The notes beneath the pieces were generated by a model. It did not search any database. It was not told where the DNA came from and saw only the letters and a list, made by a program, of their open reading frames with translations. 64,000 nt of DNA from Eledone cirrhosa (lineage: Eukaryota): NCBI GenBank assembly GCA_964016885.1, contig OZ024743.1, positions 182,466,001 through 182,530,000 of the forward strand, written 5' to 3'. This document shows positions 1 through 13,169 of the stretch, in pieces. Within the stretch, counting starts at the first letter, position 1. Every line of letters begins with the position of its first letter. The translations under genes were made by a program, and so were the position numbers.

Positions 1-1534
1 TTCTGCCTACTCCTTTCCTACACACTGAGCATGGCCATTTCCCTGAGGGCACCTGTGCCCTATTTTCCTTTCTACAAACTAGAACTTTAGTCTTAGACAG
101 GTTAATTTTAAGGCCTTTTGATTCTAGGCCATGTTTCCATGTTTGGAATTTCTTCTCTAGTTCAGCCATTGATTCAGTTAGATCATCTGCATATAGGAGT
201 TCCCATGGGCAGCCGGTCTTGAACTCCTCTGTTATAGCCTGAAGGGCAATAATAAATAGGAGGGTGCTAAGGACAGAGCCTTGATGAACACCAACTTTTA
301 CGCTAAATTCTTCACTATATTCGTTGTTAATTCTAACCTTGCTGACTGTTTCTTTATACATGGTTTGTATAGCTCTCACAAGCCATTCATCAACACCTAG
401 TTTTCTAAGAGCCCACCAGATAATAGAGTGGGGGACTCTGTCAAAGGCTTTCTCCAAGTCAACAAATGCTAAGTATAGGTGTTTACTTTTAGTTAGGTAC
501 TTCTCCTGTAGTTGTTGTAAAAGGAAAAGAGCGTCTGTGGTACTTTTACCTGACACAAAACCAAACTGCATTTCATCTAGATCAATTCGATCCCTGATTA
601 GTTGCGCTATAACTCTTTCTGTGACCTTCTTGACCTGGTCAATTAATTTAATGCCTCTATAGTTTCCCCTTTCTAGGGAATCACCTTTACCCTTGTATCA
701 GTTAATGATGATGCTGCTACGTCAGTCATTTGGTATGACCCCATTCTGTATGACTTGGTTTACTATCCGGGTGACCATAGTGTGTCCCACCGATCCAGAT
801 GCTTTCAGCATTTCAGCAACTATCTCCGAAGGCCCAGCTGCTTTGCCTGTCTTCATATCTTTGATTGCCTTACTTATTATACTACCTTCAACTTGCACCG
901 CTGGTCCCTCTATTGGATTGATTTGGGGCAGACTATCTTTTTCCCATTTATTCTCCTCATTTAGTAGCCTCTTGTAGTGACACTTCCAAGCTACCTTCTT
1001 ATCAGTATCAGTGATGGCAAGTATACCATCATCATTATGGACACACTTCTCCCCGACAGTATCATGGTTTTCCTTGACACATTGTCTAGCAATCCTGAAC
1101 ACCTCACGTTTTTGGTCCTCGCATTTTAGAACATGCTTGAACTTTCTTTCCTCTGCTTCTCTTCTTGCAAAGTACACTTGTCTGCTAGCTTCCCTCCTGG
1201 CCACTTGATAGTGTTCTGTACTTCTCCCATCCCGCCATACTTTCCAAGCTTGCTTTTTGGCCTTGATTGACTCTTCTACCCTACTGTTCCACCACCATGT
1301 TACTCTCCTCCTGCCTATAGGTCTGCTCCAGCCACAGATTTTATCTGTCGCCTTCAGCAGGTTAACTTTCAGGAATTCCCACTGTTCCTCTATGCTGTAC
1401 GTCTCTAATTGCTCTTCCTTACTGTGAAAAGCATCAAGTAATATGCTTTTAAATTTGTTACTGGCTGTGGAGTCCTTTAATTTCCATATTCTTCTTCTCA
1501 GGGTAGTCCTCCTCTGTTGTTGAGTACGTCTCAT
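1..1534 (-). mobile_element. RTE-clade LINE fragment (pre-RT and RT region), decayed, runs off the window edge
   Basis: ORF 722..1534 (VTWWWN...KAAGPSEIVAEMLK) continues through stops into DLEKAFDR, VHQGSVLS and LLYADDL motifs. Closely similar to the copy at 22856-25402. Confidence 0.93.
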
Positions 1535-2629
1535 CCTGACTATGAGGTATGGCTTTTATAAATAAGTTATAGAAATGGCTTCTAAGTCCTTCTACAAATA
1601 AGTTATAGATGACTACTAGGCCCTATAAATAAGTTATAGAAATGACTTAATATGGCCTTATTATATTATATGTAACTTAATGTGGCCTTTCAACATGAAA
1701 AGGTTCCCCATCTCTGCAATAGACTATGAAAAAAACAAAGTATATTCAGAATCACATTCAGCTTCTTGGGACCATGAAGTAACAACAACAAAATACAATT
1801 GGTAAGATAGTGGATCATAGGAGGTCTTTTGAAGTCTTGGCTGAAGTTTATTTCTATGGCGGCAATGTATTTGTTTTGCAAGGATTTTTTTTATATGAAA
1901 TCGTGAGTTGAAACAGATATTATTATATTTGGGAAGGGTCATGTTATCCTAATATTGCCAAAAATAATTATATAACACACTCACTGTTTGGTTTAGTTTT
2001 CCCTTCAGTATATTTTATATTTTTATAAATAATTTAGCTGGCAATCAATGTTTATCATTGATTGACCAACAGTTAAAAGTATAGATATAAATATAATTTA
2101 TCAAAGTTCTTTCTTCACACATTTCTTTGTCATTCTCAGTGATTATTGCTGTTTCCTCCTGTTTTTTTTTTATTCTATTTTTATCATTAAATATGGAAGA
2201 CAACCCTGTAAACATTTTGTCACTGTTTAATGACTGATCAAACAAAATGTTATGTTCAACATCATCTGTTGATTACAGCTTGTTGTTACATCAAACACCA
2301 CATATCATACTCCAACATCAGTCAAGTTAATTAAGGAGCCTATATGTGGTAGAACAACTTGCTAGAAGTAGCAGTGTAGCAATCAAATTCCCTTTAAATT
2401 CCATTTGAATAAAGGAAACATTAGACAGACTTTGGTATCGTCATCATTATCACAGTTTAATATGTCTTTTTCCAAGCTTACATGGATTAGACGAGTTGCT
2501 CACGTCATGGGACAAGTCTAGCCAGCTGTCCACACCATACCTTGCTCAGACGGAACTGTATCTTGGCTGGAATTTTTACACCTGGATGCCCTTCCTTACA
2601 CCAAACATGTTTACAGTGTGGAACTGGCT

Positions 2630-3000
2630 GGCATCAGTATGAGGAGGGTCTGGTCAGTTGACCGTGCCATACCCTGCTCACATGAGAATCATTTTGGGAG
2701 TTGGGGGGTCCCACTATGAGGGGGGGGCTGGTCTGTTGGCTGCACCAAGCCTTACTCAGTGGAGCCCTGGGTGGCACCTGTATGAGGAGGATCTGGCCAG
2801 TTGGCTGTGCTATACCCTGTTCACATCAGATCCATAATTTGGGACCTGGGTGATCCCATTATGAGGGAGGTCAGGCCAGTTGGCTGCGCCAAGCCTTACT
2901 CATAATGGGGCCATGTTTGGGCTGGGTTTTATGGCTGCTGGATGCCCTTCCTACTGCCAACCACGTTTACAATGTGGAACTGGGTGGTCCTGTTATGAGA
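2630..3000. repeat. Degenerate GC-rich tandem repeat within an RTE-derived non-autonomous element
   Basis: About 4 diverged units of tatgagg..ggtctggYcagttggctg..cca..ccYt.ctca, flanked by ctggatgcccttcc motifs at ~2582 and ~2938. Confidence 0.55.
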
Positions 3001-5243
3001 CAGGTCTGTTTATGGTTAGAATTTATCTGACCTCAGATCTGCTCAGTCATCTAAATACCTTCATCATCATCATCATCATCATTATTAGTTCTATGATACA
3101 AAACTGTTTGTTTCAAAATGTTTATATTTACCGTCTTTCCCGGTGCCCCGAAGACACTTCGCCCTTCAGGACACGTGGTAGATTTTGAGACTTATTTTAA
3201 GGAAAAAGTAGCATCTTTGACGCTTATGGTATCTAAAAACCTTCCATCATAATTTTATGTTTGAAACTTTTATAAAGTTATGTTCCAAAGACCAACTTAA
3301 TATTGAGAAAGTTAGTTATATTACTAAATCCCTTTAAATCCTTGTTTTCAAAATGATTAGAAAGTCATAGGCTGTGCCTCTTGTAAGGAATATGGAAATA
3401 AAAGGGTTAAAGCAGGCATGGGTAACATTTTTCAAGCAGTGGGCCGCATAGGATGTGACTCATCATAAGAAGGGGCCATCCACCACACTATTAAAAAATT
3501 GAAGGCAATTTTGAAATTAAGTATACCTAACAGGAAGCCAATGCTTAGCAGTAGTGAGGGATAAAAACCCGTTAGTGAGGCGGGAGAGATTTATAGTCTC
3601 TACTCTCCCCCATACCTTTTCTGCTTAAAATTTGCTATGGTATTGTGAGTAGGGGGTCTTTTATTTACCTGTCAGTATTTTAGTCTCAGTGTTTTTGCCG
3701 GGGAGGGGGGCAGGGGGCAGCTGTGACAATATGCATGCATATGTGGTAGAGGAAAGAAACAGTGAGGACAAGATCACCAGGGTTAAGGATAGGAATAAAG
3801 AAAAACACTTCTCCCACCCTGAAATTGTAACAAAATAAACAGAAAAGACAAAACTTCTCACATTTTGTTACTTTTTTGTTTTTTAATGACTTTATTTCTT
3901 TCCTGCCCTTATTTCTTTACTGACCCAGCCCTTCGCTTATGAGAGAGGACAGGGGTTCATGAACAATGTCTGTATCCCACCTGCCACTCTCCTTATATAT
4001 TGTGATGGTGGGGGTGGTGGTGGTGATGATGATGTGCAGTCATATAATTATATGGGGGTGTGTATGTGGTGACAATACAATCATTTTTGTATGTCTCTGT
4101 TCCAGTGTTTTTGCTTTGTGTAAACACGGCTGCTGTGTATATGCATGTGTTTGTTTGTGTACACACGTCTGCTTTGTACATACAAATGTTTGTATGTGTA
4201 CACATGCCTGCTGTGTGCATACAAGTGTTTGTATGTGTACACACATGTGTTTGTGTGTGTACACACAAGTGTTTGTGTGTGCACACATGCCTGTTGTGTG
4301 TAAGCTTGTAATTTTTTTTTTTTGGCTCTCAGAAATATATTTTCCTGCAGTAAATTAATGTGTAGATGTTTAACTTAGTTTTAACCTTCATCAAATGGAC
4401 CTATGTTAAAAGGTGTTTCAGATATGACCATCCTGTCTTATATTGTCCATTGTGTCCTTCCCTTCCATTTTAAAGATGGTTGGTTGTGTTATTTGAGGGT
4501 GACATAGTTGCTATTTCTGGCTGTTTTAGCAACTTCACAGAGACTCCTTTCTAGGTTTGTAACATTTTAAATCCTAAGTCATGCCTGACTGAGCAGATGT
4601 ATGATCCAATAAATTCCAGTTGTGTCCATCCTATCATGGGGAACAATGTCATCTAATGTGTTAAGATGGCAGTATATACATATACACACATGGTGCACAC
4701 ACCCACCCACCCACATACCCACATACGACACATATATACACACACATAACACATACACACACATGGCACATATACACACATCTATACACATGCACATACC
4801 AAGCAAATACCTAGACATGTCTGACCACTTCCTCTTTGCACAGGTCACCATCGAGACTTAAGGTGTCCTCAAACCCTGAACTGCTAACCTCCTCCATAAA
4901 ATGGGAATGATGTCAACTCGCCTGAGGAAGGAGCCCAGAGAGGTAGGATGGCTATTGCAGCGGGTGTCACTGGCCATTATCTGCGGTACCCAACCAAAAC
5001 ACTGCTCTGGCTTAGGTGTAGAGTCTGTCACCCTCTCTCCTCCCCATTTCTTTCGATACCTAATAATTTTTGCTCTTTCTCTCCTTTTCCTCTCATAGCA
5101 TTTATAGTCCTTTCCAATGCTACCTCCATTTTCTATATATTTGAATAAATATTAAATTTTTTAATATTTTTATGTAATTTTATCTTAGAAGTATATTTGA
5201 CTATAAGTAAGATTTTATTTTGAAATAAAATAGTCTTACATAT

Positions 5244-5360
5244 GCTGCCCCAGCATGGCCTCAGCTTGTCGGCTGGAACACGTAATAGTGTAATAGAGTA
5301 GCTGGTGCCCCAGCATGGCCTCATTCTGTTGGCTGGATGACGTAATAGAGTTATAGAGTA
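5244..5360 (+). repeat. Two tandem short 3' tails of a CR1-like LINE or its SINE
   Basis: gccccagcatggcctca...ggctgga..cgtaatag occurs twice. The same tail is at 19640-19690 (+) and ends the element at 47565-47612 (-). Confidence 0.6.
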
Positions 5361-5454
5361 TGTGTGTAGTCAAATATAAGGTTGTTTGTATAAAACATTT
5401 AAGTTCAGATATATATTATGGCTGTTTAACCTATATATGATCAACACCCATGCA

Positions 5455-5750
5455 CACGTACTCACATACATAGACACACACCCCTAAGCAGACACACACA
5501 CACATACCCATACAGACACATATACACACACAAACACACATACAGATACACATACACACCCACACACATACAAGCACACCCACACACATGCAGGCACACA
5601 CACTCACACACATACAGGCACACACACACATACCCATACATACACACACATACCCATACACACACACATACAGCCACAGAAACACATACAGCCACACACA
5701 CACATACAGCCACACACACACATACAGCCACACAAGTACAGACATAGACA
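5455..5750. repeat. Degenerate (CA)n-derived low-complexity tract
   Basis: Compound CA/CATA repeats seen directly. Similar tracts lie at 4130-4300, 4670-4800 and 28480-28900. Confidence 0.9.
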
Positions 5751-6289
5751 ACTATATTATTAAGCTATAGTTGTTTGGCAGGTGTTTTAAAGTGAGGTGA
5801 TATGTCCAGACTAAAACAGTTTTATCATGGTTGTCACTGAAGCCAAACTAAATACAGATATTTAATCCAACTTAACTCTATTTCTTGTGAGATCAATAAA
5901 ATAAATTCTGGGCTGTTTGAGGTGTAAGAGTGCTGGGCTATGATGTGACCTGGTACAAATCTACTTTAGGACATTTCTACAAGAAACCCCTCCTCCATTT
6001 CTTCCACTGTAGTTTTTTCATGAGAAGTAAATAAAATGAAAGATTTTGTAACAGAAAGACCTTGAACCCCTCAAAAATAATTGTTTCTACTATAGGCAAA
6101 GGCCAGCAATTTGAAGAGGAGGGGAAAGTAAATTAAATTGACCCTAGTGCATTATTGGTACTTTATTTTATCAACCCCATAAGGATGAAAGGCAAAGCTA
6201 GTGAATAAAAATATTAATGTTGTTTTGTAACTGTTAATTTATGCTATATACTTGTATAGAAACTGAGAAATAAGTGACAAAAATATTGC

Positions 6290-7068
6290 TAAAATTTGGG
6301 GGAGGTGTCGTCTTATATTCGAGGTCAACATTTTACCAATTTTCACCAATTTCAAAATTCTACAAAATGAGGTGCTAAAATATTTTCTCTATGCAGGGGA
6401 ATATTACACTGGTTTCACTTTCAATGGGAAATTCATATTTCCTATTGGTTTTGATACGTTTTGAATTAATATAGCCTTTAAAACATTCAGAAACTGGTAA
6501 AAAATTATTACATAATGGAGTTGTGAAATAAAAACTGTACTCTAAATCAGGGGTTCTCAACCTTTTTTTCGCTGTGGACCACCAAAATAAGTAATTTTTT
6601 CCTGTGGACCACCTAAACTTTTAAATCTTTTGTAATAGAACTGCTACTTATAAGCATCAGTAGATTTTTTTTTCAATGAATTAGAAAATGCTATTATCAT
6701 GTCGCAGTGCCTAAAAATCTACGCAAATAAACAGCTGAAGTCGTACTTATGCGAAGAATAAGAACAGCGCTTTAAGTCAAATGCATGGATCACAAGAGAA
6801 TTTGCTATTGAAAATTTTCTGTAGACCACCTCAATTTTCCACATTGACCAGGTTGAGAACCCCTGCTCTAAATGACACTTGAAACATTTTAAATATCAAA
6901 ATATTAGAACTTCATAAATATATTCTCCTCTCATGAGAATTTCAAAACCACACCATCTAAACATAATGTGTTAATTACCTCTGCCTCAGCTTATAAACAA
7001 GGTTTCGGATTTTGCCTATTTCTCAGATATAAAATAGGGGTTGGCTTATATTCGAGTATATATGGAAA
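6290..7068. mobile_element. Decayed Tc1/mariner(pogo)-like non-autonomous element interrupted by a hAT MITE
   Basis: Repeated gtcttatattcgag / ggcttatattcgagtatatatgg subterminal motifs. A related copy lies at ~8275-8460. Confidence 0.5.
6548..6865. mobile_element. hAT-superfamily MITE (318 bp) with intact TIRs and 8-bp TSD
   Basis: TIR caggggttctcaacc ... ggttgagaacccctg. Perfect duplication ctctaaat at 6540-6547 and 6866-6873. Confidence 0.92.
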
Positions 7069-7146
7069 GTGCTGGGATCAGTATAATCTTCTGGTCTCTA
7101 TCTAAAATGTGGCGCCTAGTCCCTAAGTTAAAAATAATTCTTTCCT

Positions 7147-7335
7147 AATAATTGTTTCTATGTTTGGTACAAGGCCAGCAATTTGAAGGGAAGGGGAAAG
7201 TTGATTAAATCGACCCCAGTGTGTACTTTATTTTATTGACCCCCCCCATAAGGATGAAAGGCAAAGCTAAGCTCGGCAGGATTTGAACTCTGAACATAAA
7301 GGGACGTAACTATATGCTGCGAAGCATGTTGTCTG
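7147..7335 (-). mobile_element. tRNA-derived SINE, antisense to ITPK1
   Basis: Reverse complement of the SINE described at 34666-37460 (ggatttgaactc B-box, aaggatgaaaggcaaag core). A partial copy is at ~6078-6200. Confidence 0.8.
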
Positions 7336-7542
7336 GTTGTGTTTGTGGTGGTGTTGGTGGTGGGGTTGATGTTGTGGTAGTGGGGGTTGTGTTTGTGGTG
7401 GTTGTGTTGGTGGTGTTGGGGTTGGTATTGTTTATGGTGGTTTAGTTGTAGTTGTTGTTGTTAGATCATATTGTATTTTTGTCAGAAACTGTTTTGGTTT
7501 TGTTTCTTACATTCTTGTTTTCTTTTCTTTCATTGTTTCTAG

Positions 7543-7660
7543 AATTTTATTCGAAATCATCCAGAGTGTACATTAGTGGATCCATTAGAAAATGTCTGTC
7601 AGTTACTCAACCGATATGAACAATACTTGCAGGTACAGAAGTTGAAACTCTCTAGTAGTG
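7543..7660 (+). CDS. ITPK1: ITPK1-like coding exon A (NFIRNHPECTLVDPLENVCQLLNRYEQYLQVQKLKLSSS)
   Basis: Polypyrimidine tract and ag at 7541-42; donor gtgagt at 7661; 118 nt, phase 0/1. The HP..lvDPl..v..LLnR motif matches the ITPK1 ATP-grasp family. Confidence 0.93.
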
Positions 7661-7692
7661 GTGAGTAGAAAACAGTTTTATGATAACATTAA

Positions 7693-7892
7693 CATTATTA
7701 ACCGTCTTTCCAGATTTTTAACCATCTTTCCAGATTTTTAACCCTCTTTCCAGATTTTTAACCCTCTTTCCAGATTTTTAACCCTCTTTCCAGATTATTA
7801 ACTATCTTTCCAGATTATTAACTATCTTTCCAGATTATTAACCATCTTTCCAGTTTATTAACCATCTTTCTAGATTATTAACCAGCTTTCCA
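7693..7892. repeat. 20-bp minisatellite, ~10 copies (agattWttaaccHtctttcc)
   Basis: Direct tandem periodicity of 20 nt. Confidence 0.95.
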
Positions 7893-8250
7893 ACAACAAC
7901 CCTGAGCACCTTTTTGAATTCCATATGTCTAATACCCGTGGACATGCCAAAATCAGAAAACAGCACAGCTCCCATGACTTTTGGAAACATTTTTTCACAC
8001 TCAGAGTTGCTGAAGCAAACTACCTGCATCTGTTATTAGCTGTCAGGACACTGCATCCTTCAAGACTTCCATGCTTCCCGAAATTCTTCATCTGATCTTC
8101 CTCCGCCATACATACGCACGCATGTGTGTGTGTGTCTATATCATGACTCGTACACTGTTCACTTTCCTGACATTTGTACATTATTTTATGTACTATACAT
8201 ACACCTTCTATGAATTGTAGTGCATCTGAGTACTGTACACAATAATTTTC
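7872..8250 (+). mobile_element. 5'-truncated 3' end of the CR1-like LINE
   Basis: Colinear with 42863-43225 (caacaacaaccctgag...ctcagagttgctgaagca...tgtagtgca.ctgag). Confidence 0.9.
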
Positions 8251-8863
8251 ATTTCATTTCATTAGTTCATTACTATATATAAATCAAGGAATATGCGATA
8301 AAAAAATGGGGGTCGGTTTATATTTGGGGTCAATATTTTGATGATTTTCACCAACTTCAAACTGCCTCAGCTTATAAATGGGGTTTGGATTTTTGCCCAT
8401 TTCTCAGATATAAAATTGGGAGTCGGCTTATATTCGAATTGGCTTATATTTGAGTACCGTATTTCACATTGTTGAAGACGGTTCACCCAATTTTGACAAC
8501 CAAAAATTTGAAAAACAATAATAAACATAAAAATAAGGTCCTGGTACTTCAAGTCTTGTTACCTAAATTTTTATGATATTTTGTTTATTTACTTCTTTAA
8601 CTCAGTATAATTTATACACTTCATTAAGAGGTCATGTACAGGAGTTCAGATTACTGTGAGATATTACTGTGAGTTCAATTCCCAGGGCGGGTGATGCATT
8701 ATGTCCTTGAGTAAGACACTTTATTTCATGTTGCTTCTTCTACCAGGAGTTGTGACTTATTGATAGTATTAGCAATTGGAAAGACTACTTAGGAAGGGAA
8801 TGAGGTCTGGGATGTTAATTGTTCAAGAAGAGAGAGAAATATATATAGATGAGAGAGAGAGAA

Positions 8864-8898
<35 letters not shown>

Positions 8899-9188
8899 TA
8901 GAGAGAAAAAGAGAGATTTACCTTCATTGGAATGGACCTCCGTCAGTTTTGAACATGAGTGTTCCAGTTGTTGGAAAAATGGAGCGACTTATTCAAGAAA
9001 CTAACTTGTAAATGACTGAACATTCCACTGACACGTGTTCCACTCATGAAATTCTCAGTATATAAGGCTGGTTATTTGAATTAGAGCTACAGTCCATCTG
9101 ACAGGCTTCCAAACAGTTTCTGTCTACCCAATTTCACTAACAAAATTGTGACGTTTAATCCAGGACCTAATCATTGTGAAGGAAAGAG

Positions 9189-9397
9189 TCAGAAAGCTGG
9201 TAGTATGTGGTAGAGATATATAAAGGGTAAAGGATGACAAATAAAACAAAACAATGTTTTACCCTTTCACATTTAAAAAGAGGGTAATAGCCCTGAAATA
9301 TTATGTTGAAATATATGGGTAAAACATTACTTTGTTTTGTTTTATTTGTCATCCTTTAACCTTTATCTATTTCTACCACATTCTACCAGCTTTCTGA
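9189..9397. mobile_element. Short foldback/MITE, ~75-bp imperfect inverted arms
   Basis: tcagaaagctggtag...gatgacaaataaaacaaaaca..tgttttaccc pairs with gggtaaaaca...tgttttgttttatttgtcatc...ctaccagctttctga. Confidence 0.85.
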
Positions 9398-9410
9398 AAC
9401 TTATCAATCA

Positions 9411-9850
9411 TTTATTACATATTACACAATGTTCATAATAACTATACAACCATATCTATATTTATTACATATTACACAATGTTCATAATAACTATACAAC
9501 CATATCTATATTTATTACATATTACACAATGTTCATAATAACTATACTACCATATCTATATTTATTACATATTACACAATGTTCATAATAACTATACAAC
9601 CATATCTATATGTATTACATATTACACAATGTTCATAATAACCATACTACCATATCTATATTTATTACATATTACACAATGTTCATAATAACTATACTAC
9701 CATATCTATATTTATTACATATTACACAATGTTCATAATAACTATACTACCATATCTATATTTATTACATATTACACAATGTTCATAATAACTATACTAC
9801 CATATCTATATTTATTACATATCTCTCAATGGTTCGCATTAACTATACTA
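9411..9850. repeat. 50-bp minisatellite, ~8.7 copies
   Basis: Unit tttattacatattacacaatgttcataataactatacWaccatatctata starts at 9411, 9461, ... 9811. Confidence 0.97.
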
Positions 9851-9852
9851 CT

Positions 9853-10077
9853 TTAACCCTTTCATGACCAGATTTCTAATGAAGTACATTCTATTTTAAT
9901 TAATTAATGAAGAATTTTGAGGGATTTACTAAACTTATTAATTATTTAATTACTAAGATAGTTACTTATATAAAATTATGTTGGAAGATTTTAATTTAAA
10001 TTGGAAATCTTTGAAATGGGTGGTTTTATTTCATAGAACCAGAGCTGGTTTGAGCTGGTTAGTAACTAAAGGTTTAA
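9853..10077. mobile_element. piggyBac-like MITE relic (TTAA-CCCTT ... AAGGT-TTAA)
   Basis: ttaacccttt at the left end and degenerate aaaggtttaa at the right. Related ends at ~3402, ~22766 and ~52924. Confidence 0.5.
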
Positions 10078-10101
10078 AGAAATTATAATTTTCTTTTTTA
10101 G

Positions 10102-10200
10102 GTATAGAAGTTTTTGTTCCTACATTTGTTGAACTCAAATCAAATGTTATTCAGGAAAACAAAAGTAAATTAAAGGCCGCCAACATGAAGTTTCCTTTTG
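10102..10200 (+). CDS. ITPK1: ITPK1-like coding exon B (GIEVFVPTFVELKSNVIQENKSKLKAANMKFPF)
   Basis: ttctttttta g acceptor; gtaagt donor at 10201; 99 nt, phase 1/1; ends in FPF preceding the conserved vCK motif. Confidence 0.93.
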
Positions 10201-10353
10201 GTAAGTTCTGTATTTCTTTTTTGGTTTTTAAATCTTTACTTTTTCAAAAGAATGATGTTTAACAAAGAAATTCTTAGTGTTAACATTCAATATGTCTGGA
10301 GTCTTACACCTCCTACACTCAACTTGACATCATCATTTCAATATTTTACACTC

Positions 10354-10404
<51 letters not shown>

Positions 10405-11206
10405 TCTATCGCGCATGCATGTGTGTGTGCTTTTTTCCAATATAATCATAACACATTTGAAAACATATTCCTGCTAAATTTCATTAAACAATGTTTTATT
10501 AAGAAAACTATTGGGAAATAAATGTTAGCTGGATTAACATAAACTGTAATTATGCCTTTAAAACATTATATTCAATCCAGAATGTTTGATCCTGTAAAGT
10601 TGAAGACATTTCGTCGAGCTGGACTACTGACAATGAGGCTCTTGTCATTGTTAGTGACTCACCTTATTGATGTATCAGGTAGTGCCAATGAGGGTGCTTG
10701 GTTATTCCAGCATTATAGCTTTGCTATCACCCACAGACTTTCACCTGCTGAGACCCAAAGCTATGTGAAATTTGAAACCCTTCTCTAAAATTTTAAATAA
10801 TTATTGTTTTATATACATAAACTATTTTTAAGATAGCAGGTTGATACAAATATATGTGTCTATTTCACCATATACATAAACTATCTTTAAGATAGCAGGT
10901 TCATACAAATATATATGTCTGATGGGCATTTCTCTCAAAATGTAAATGTAGTGTTTTTATATACAATATAAAGTTGCTGAGTTCTAACGATGACAGTTGT
11001 TTAATGGATCAATAGCAATGCTTTTAGGTTTCAAATTTCTTCTTTGATATTTTGCCAAGACTTTTTCAAAGTTGGCAACAGACCTAAATATTAACCCTGA
11101 GAAGAAGATTTGTGTAATGTAAGTTTTAGCTAAAATAATAATCTTTCCCTGGCTTAGTTAATAATTTTATATATTTATTCATTATTCTGGTAAGTCAAAG
11201 TAAAAT

Positions 11207-12465
11207 ATCATGGAGTGGTTGGTGGTTATATCACATGGAGTGGTTGGTGGTTATATCACATGGAGTAGATGGTGGTTATATCACATGGAGTAGATGGTGG
11301 TTATATCACATGGAGTAGATGGTGGTTATATCACATGGAGTAGATGGTGGTTATATCACATGGAGTAGATGGTGGTTATATTACATGGAGTGGTTGGTGG
11401 TTATATCACATGGAGTAGATGGTGGTTATATCACATGGAGTGGTTGGTGGTTATATCACATGGAGTAGTTGGTGGTTATATCACATGGAGTAGATGGTGG
11501 TTATATCACATGGAGTAGATGGTGGTTATATCACATGGAGTGGATGGTGGTTATATCACATGGAGTAGATGGTGGTTATATCACATGGAGTAGATGGTGG
11601 TTATATCAGATGGAGTGGTTGGTGGTTATATCACATGGAGTAGTTGGTGGTTATATCACATGGAGTAGATGGTGGTTATATCACATGGAGTAGATGGTGG
11701 TTATATCACATGGAGTAGATGGTGGTTATATCACATGGAGTAGTTGATGGTTATATCACATGGAGTAGATGGTGGTTATATCACATGGAGTAGATGGTGG
11801 TTATATCACATGGAGTAGTTGATGGTTATATCACATGGAGTAGATGGTGGTTATATCACATGGAGTAGATGGTGGTTATATCACATGGAGTAGTTGGTGG
11901 TTATATCACATGGAGTAGATGGTGGTTATATCACATGGAGTGGATGGTGGTTATATCACATGGAGTAGATGGTGGTTATATCACATGGAGTAGATGGTGG
12001 TTATATCAGATGGAGTGGTTGGTGGTTATATCACATGGAGTAGATGGTGGTTATATCAGATGGAGTGGTTGGTGGTTATATCACATGGAGTAGTTGGTGG
12101 TTATATCACATGGAGTAGATGGTGGTTATATCACATGGAGTAGTTGATGGTTATATCACATGGAGTAGATGGTGGTTATATCACATGGAGTAGATGGTGG
12201 TTATATCACATGGAGTAGATGGTGGTTATATCACATGGAGTAGATGGTGGTTATATCACATGGAGTAGATGGTGGTTATATCACATGGAGTAGTTGATGG
12301 TTATATCACATGGAGTAGTTGGTGGTTATATCACATGGAGTAGTTGGTGGTTATATCACATGGAGTAGTTGGTGGTTATATCACATGGAGTAGATGGTGG
12401 TTATATCACATGGAGTAGATGGTGGTTATATCACATGGAGTAGTTGATGGTTATATCATGGAGTT
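11207..12465. repeat. 25-bp minisatellite, ~50 copies (ggtggttatatcacatggagtRgWt)
   Basis: Direct tandem periodicity with few variant units. Confidence 0.98.
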
Positions 12466-13169
12466 GCATGGTTGTAGTTTTTTGTGGGGGAGTGGGGTTC
12501 ATGTTAGAAACAGACAAGGTAGCTATATTCAGAATATGACAGATGTTCTTCTCCATTTCAGGTCATGTGTATCTCAGTATAGTGTTTAAGAGTAACAAGT
12601 TATGCTACTGCTGTCATCTTATCCAGGAAGATATTCATCACTCATTCACCATCATCATCATTTTAACATCGTTTTCCCTGCTAGTAAGGGTTGGATGGGT
12701 CTACATAGACTAAGTCAGTACTGAAGTGGGGCTACAGATCTCACAGACAGAGCAGGGATCTGCATCTCGCTTATGTATGGTCTTACATTCTATTGAGTGC
12801 ACAAGAGAGGATGTCATATCTTTGACACAACTGAAAGGTTCTCACAACCCTTTGTTTGGCAAACTTTCTATAATTGGATTCTCTTTCTATCACCAACCAC
12901 TTTACACCTTGTCTTTGGCATAACTTAAGGGTCCAGTCATACATAAACGTACACACACTCACACATGCACACACACACAAACAATAATGCACACCTATGA
13001 AATGCACCCTATCTGTACACTTGTAACAGCACCCTTAACACACCTGGGCTCTCCACCTCGGCCTCCCTCACCCCACCCCTGTATGCTCGACTACTCCTCA
13101 GTCATCTTAAAAGTTTGTTTTTTCAAACTCTATTGTTCTAACCTTCTCTCTCTCTCTGAACTTTGCTAT

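Noticed and set aside
3966-5770. Cys/Val/His/Thr-rich ORFs
   Set aside because: Translations of (CA)/(TG) microsatellites. The same applies to ORFs at 19237-19694, 28598-28855 and 37495-37829.
1535-7540. Upstream ITPK1 exon with the QGP.D.I.HK motif
   Set aside because: Not found by eye; it probably lies upstream of the window, though a short or diverged exon could have been missed.
11207-12465. CRISPR-like array or repeat-protein ORFs (MVVISHGV...)
   Set aside because: There are no unique spacers; it is a pure 25-bp tandem repeat in a eukaryotic intron, and the ORFs are by-products.
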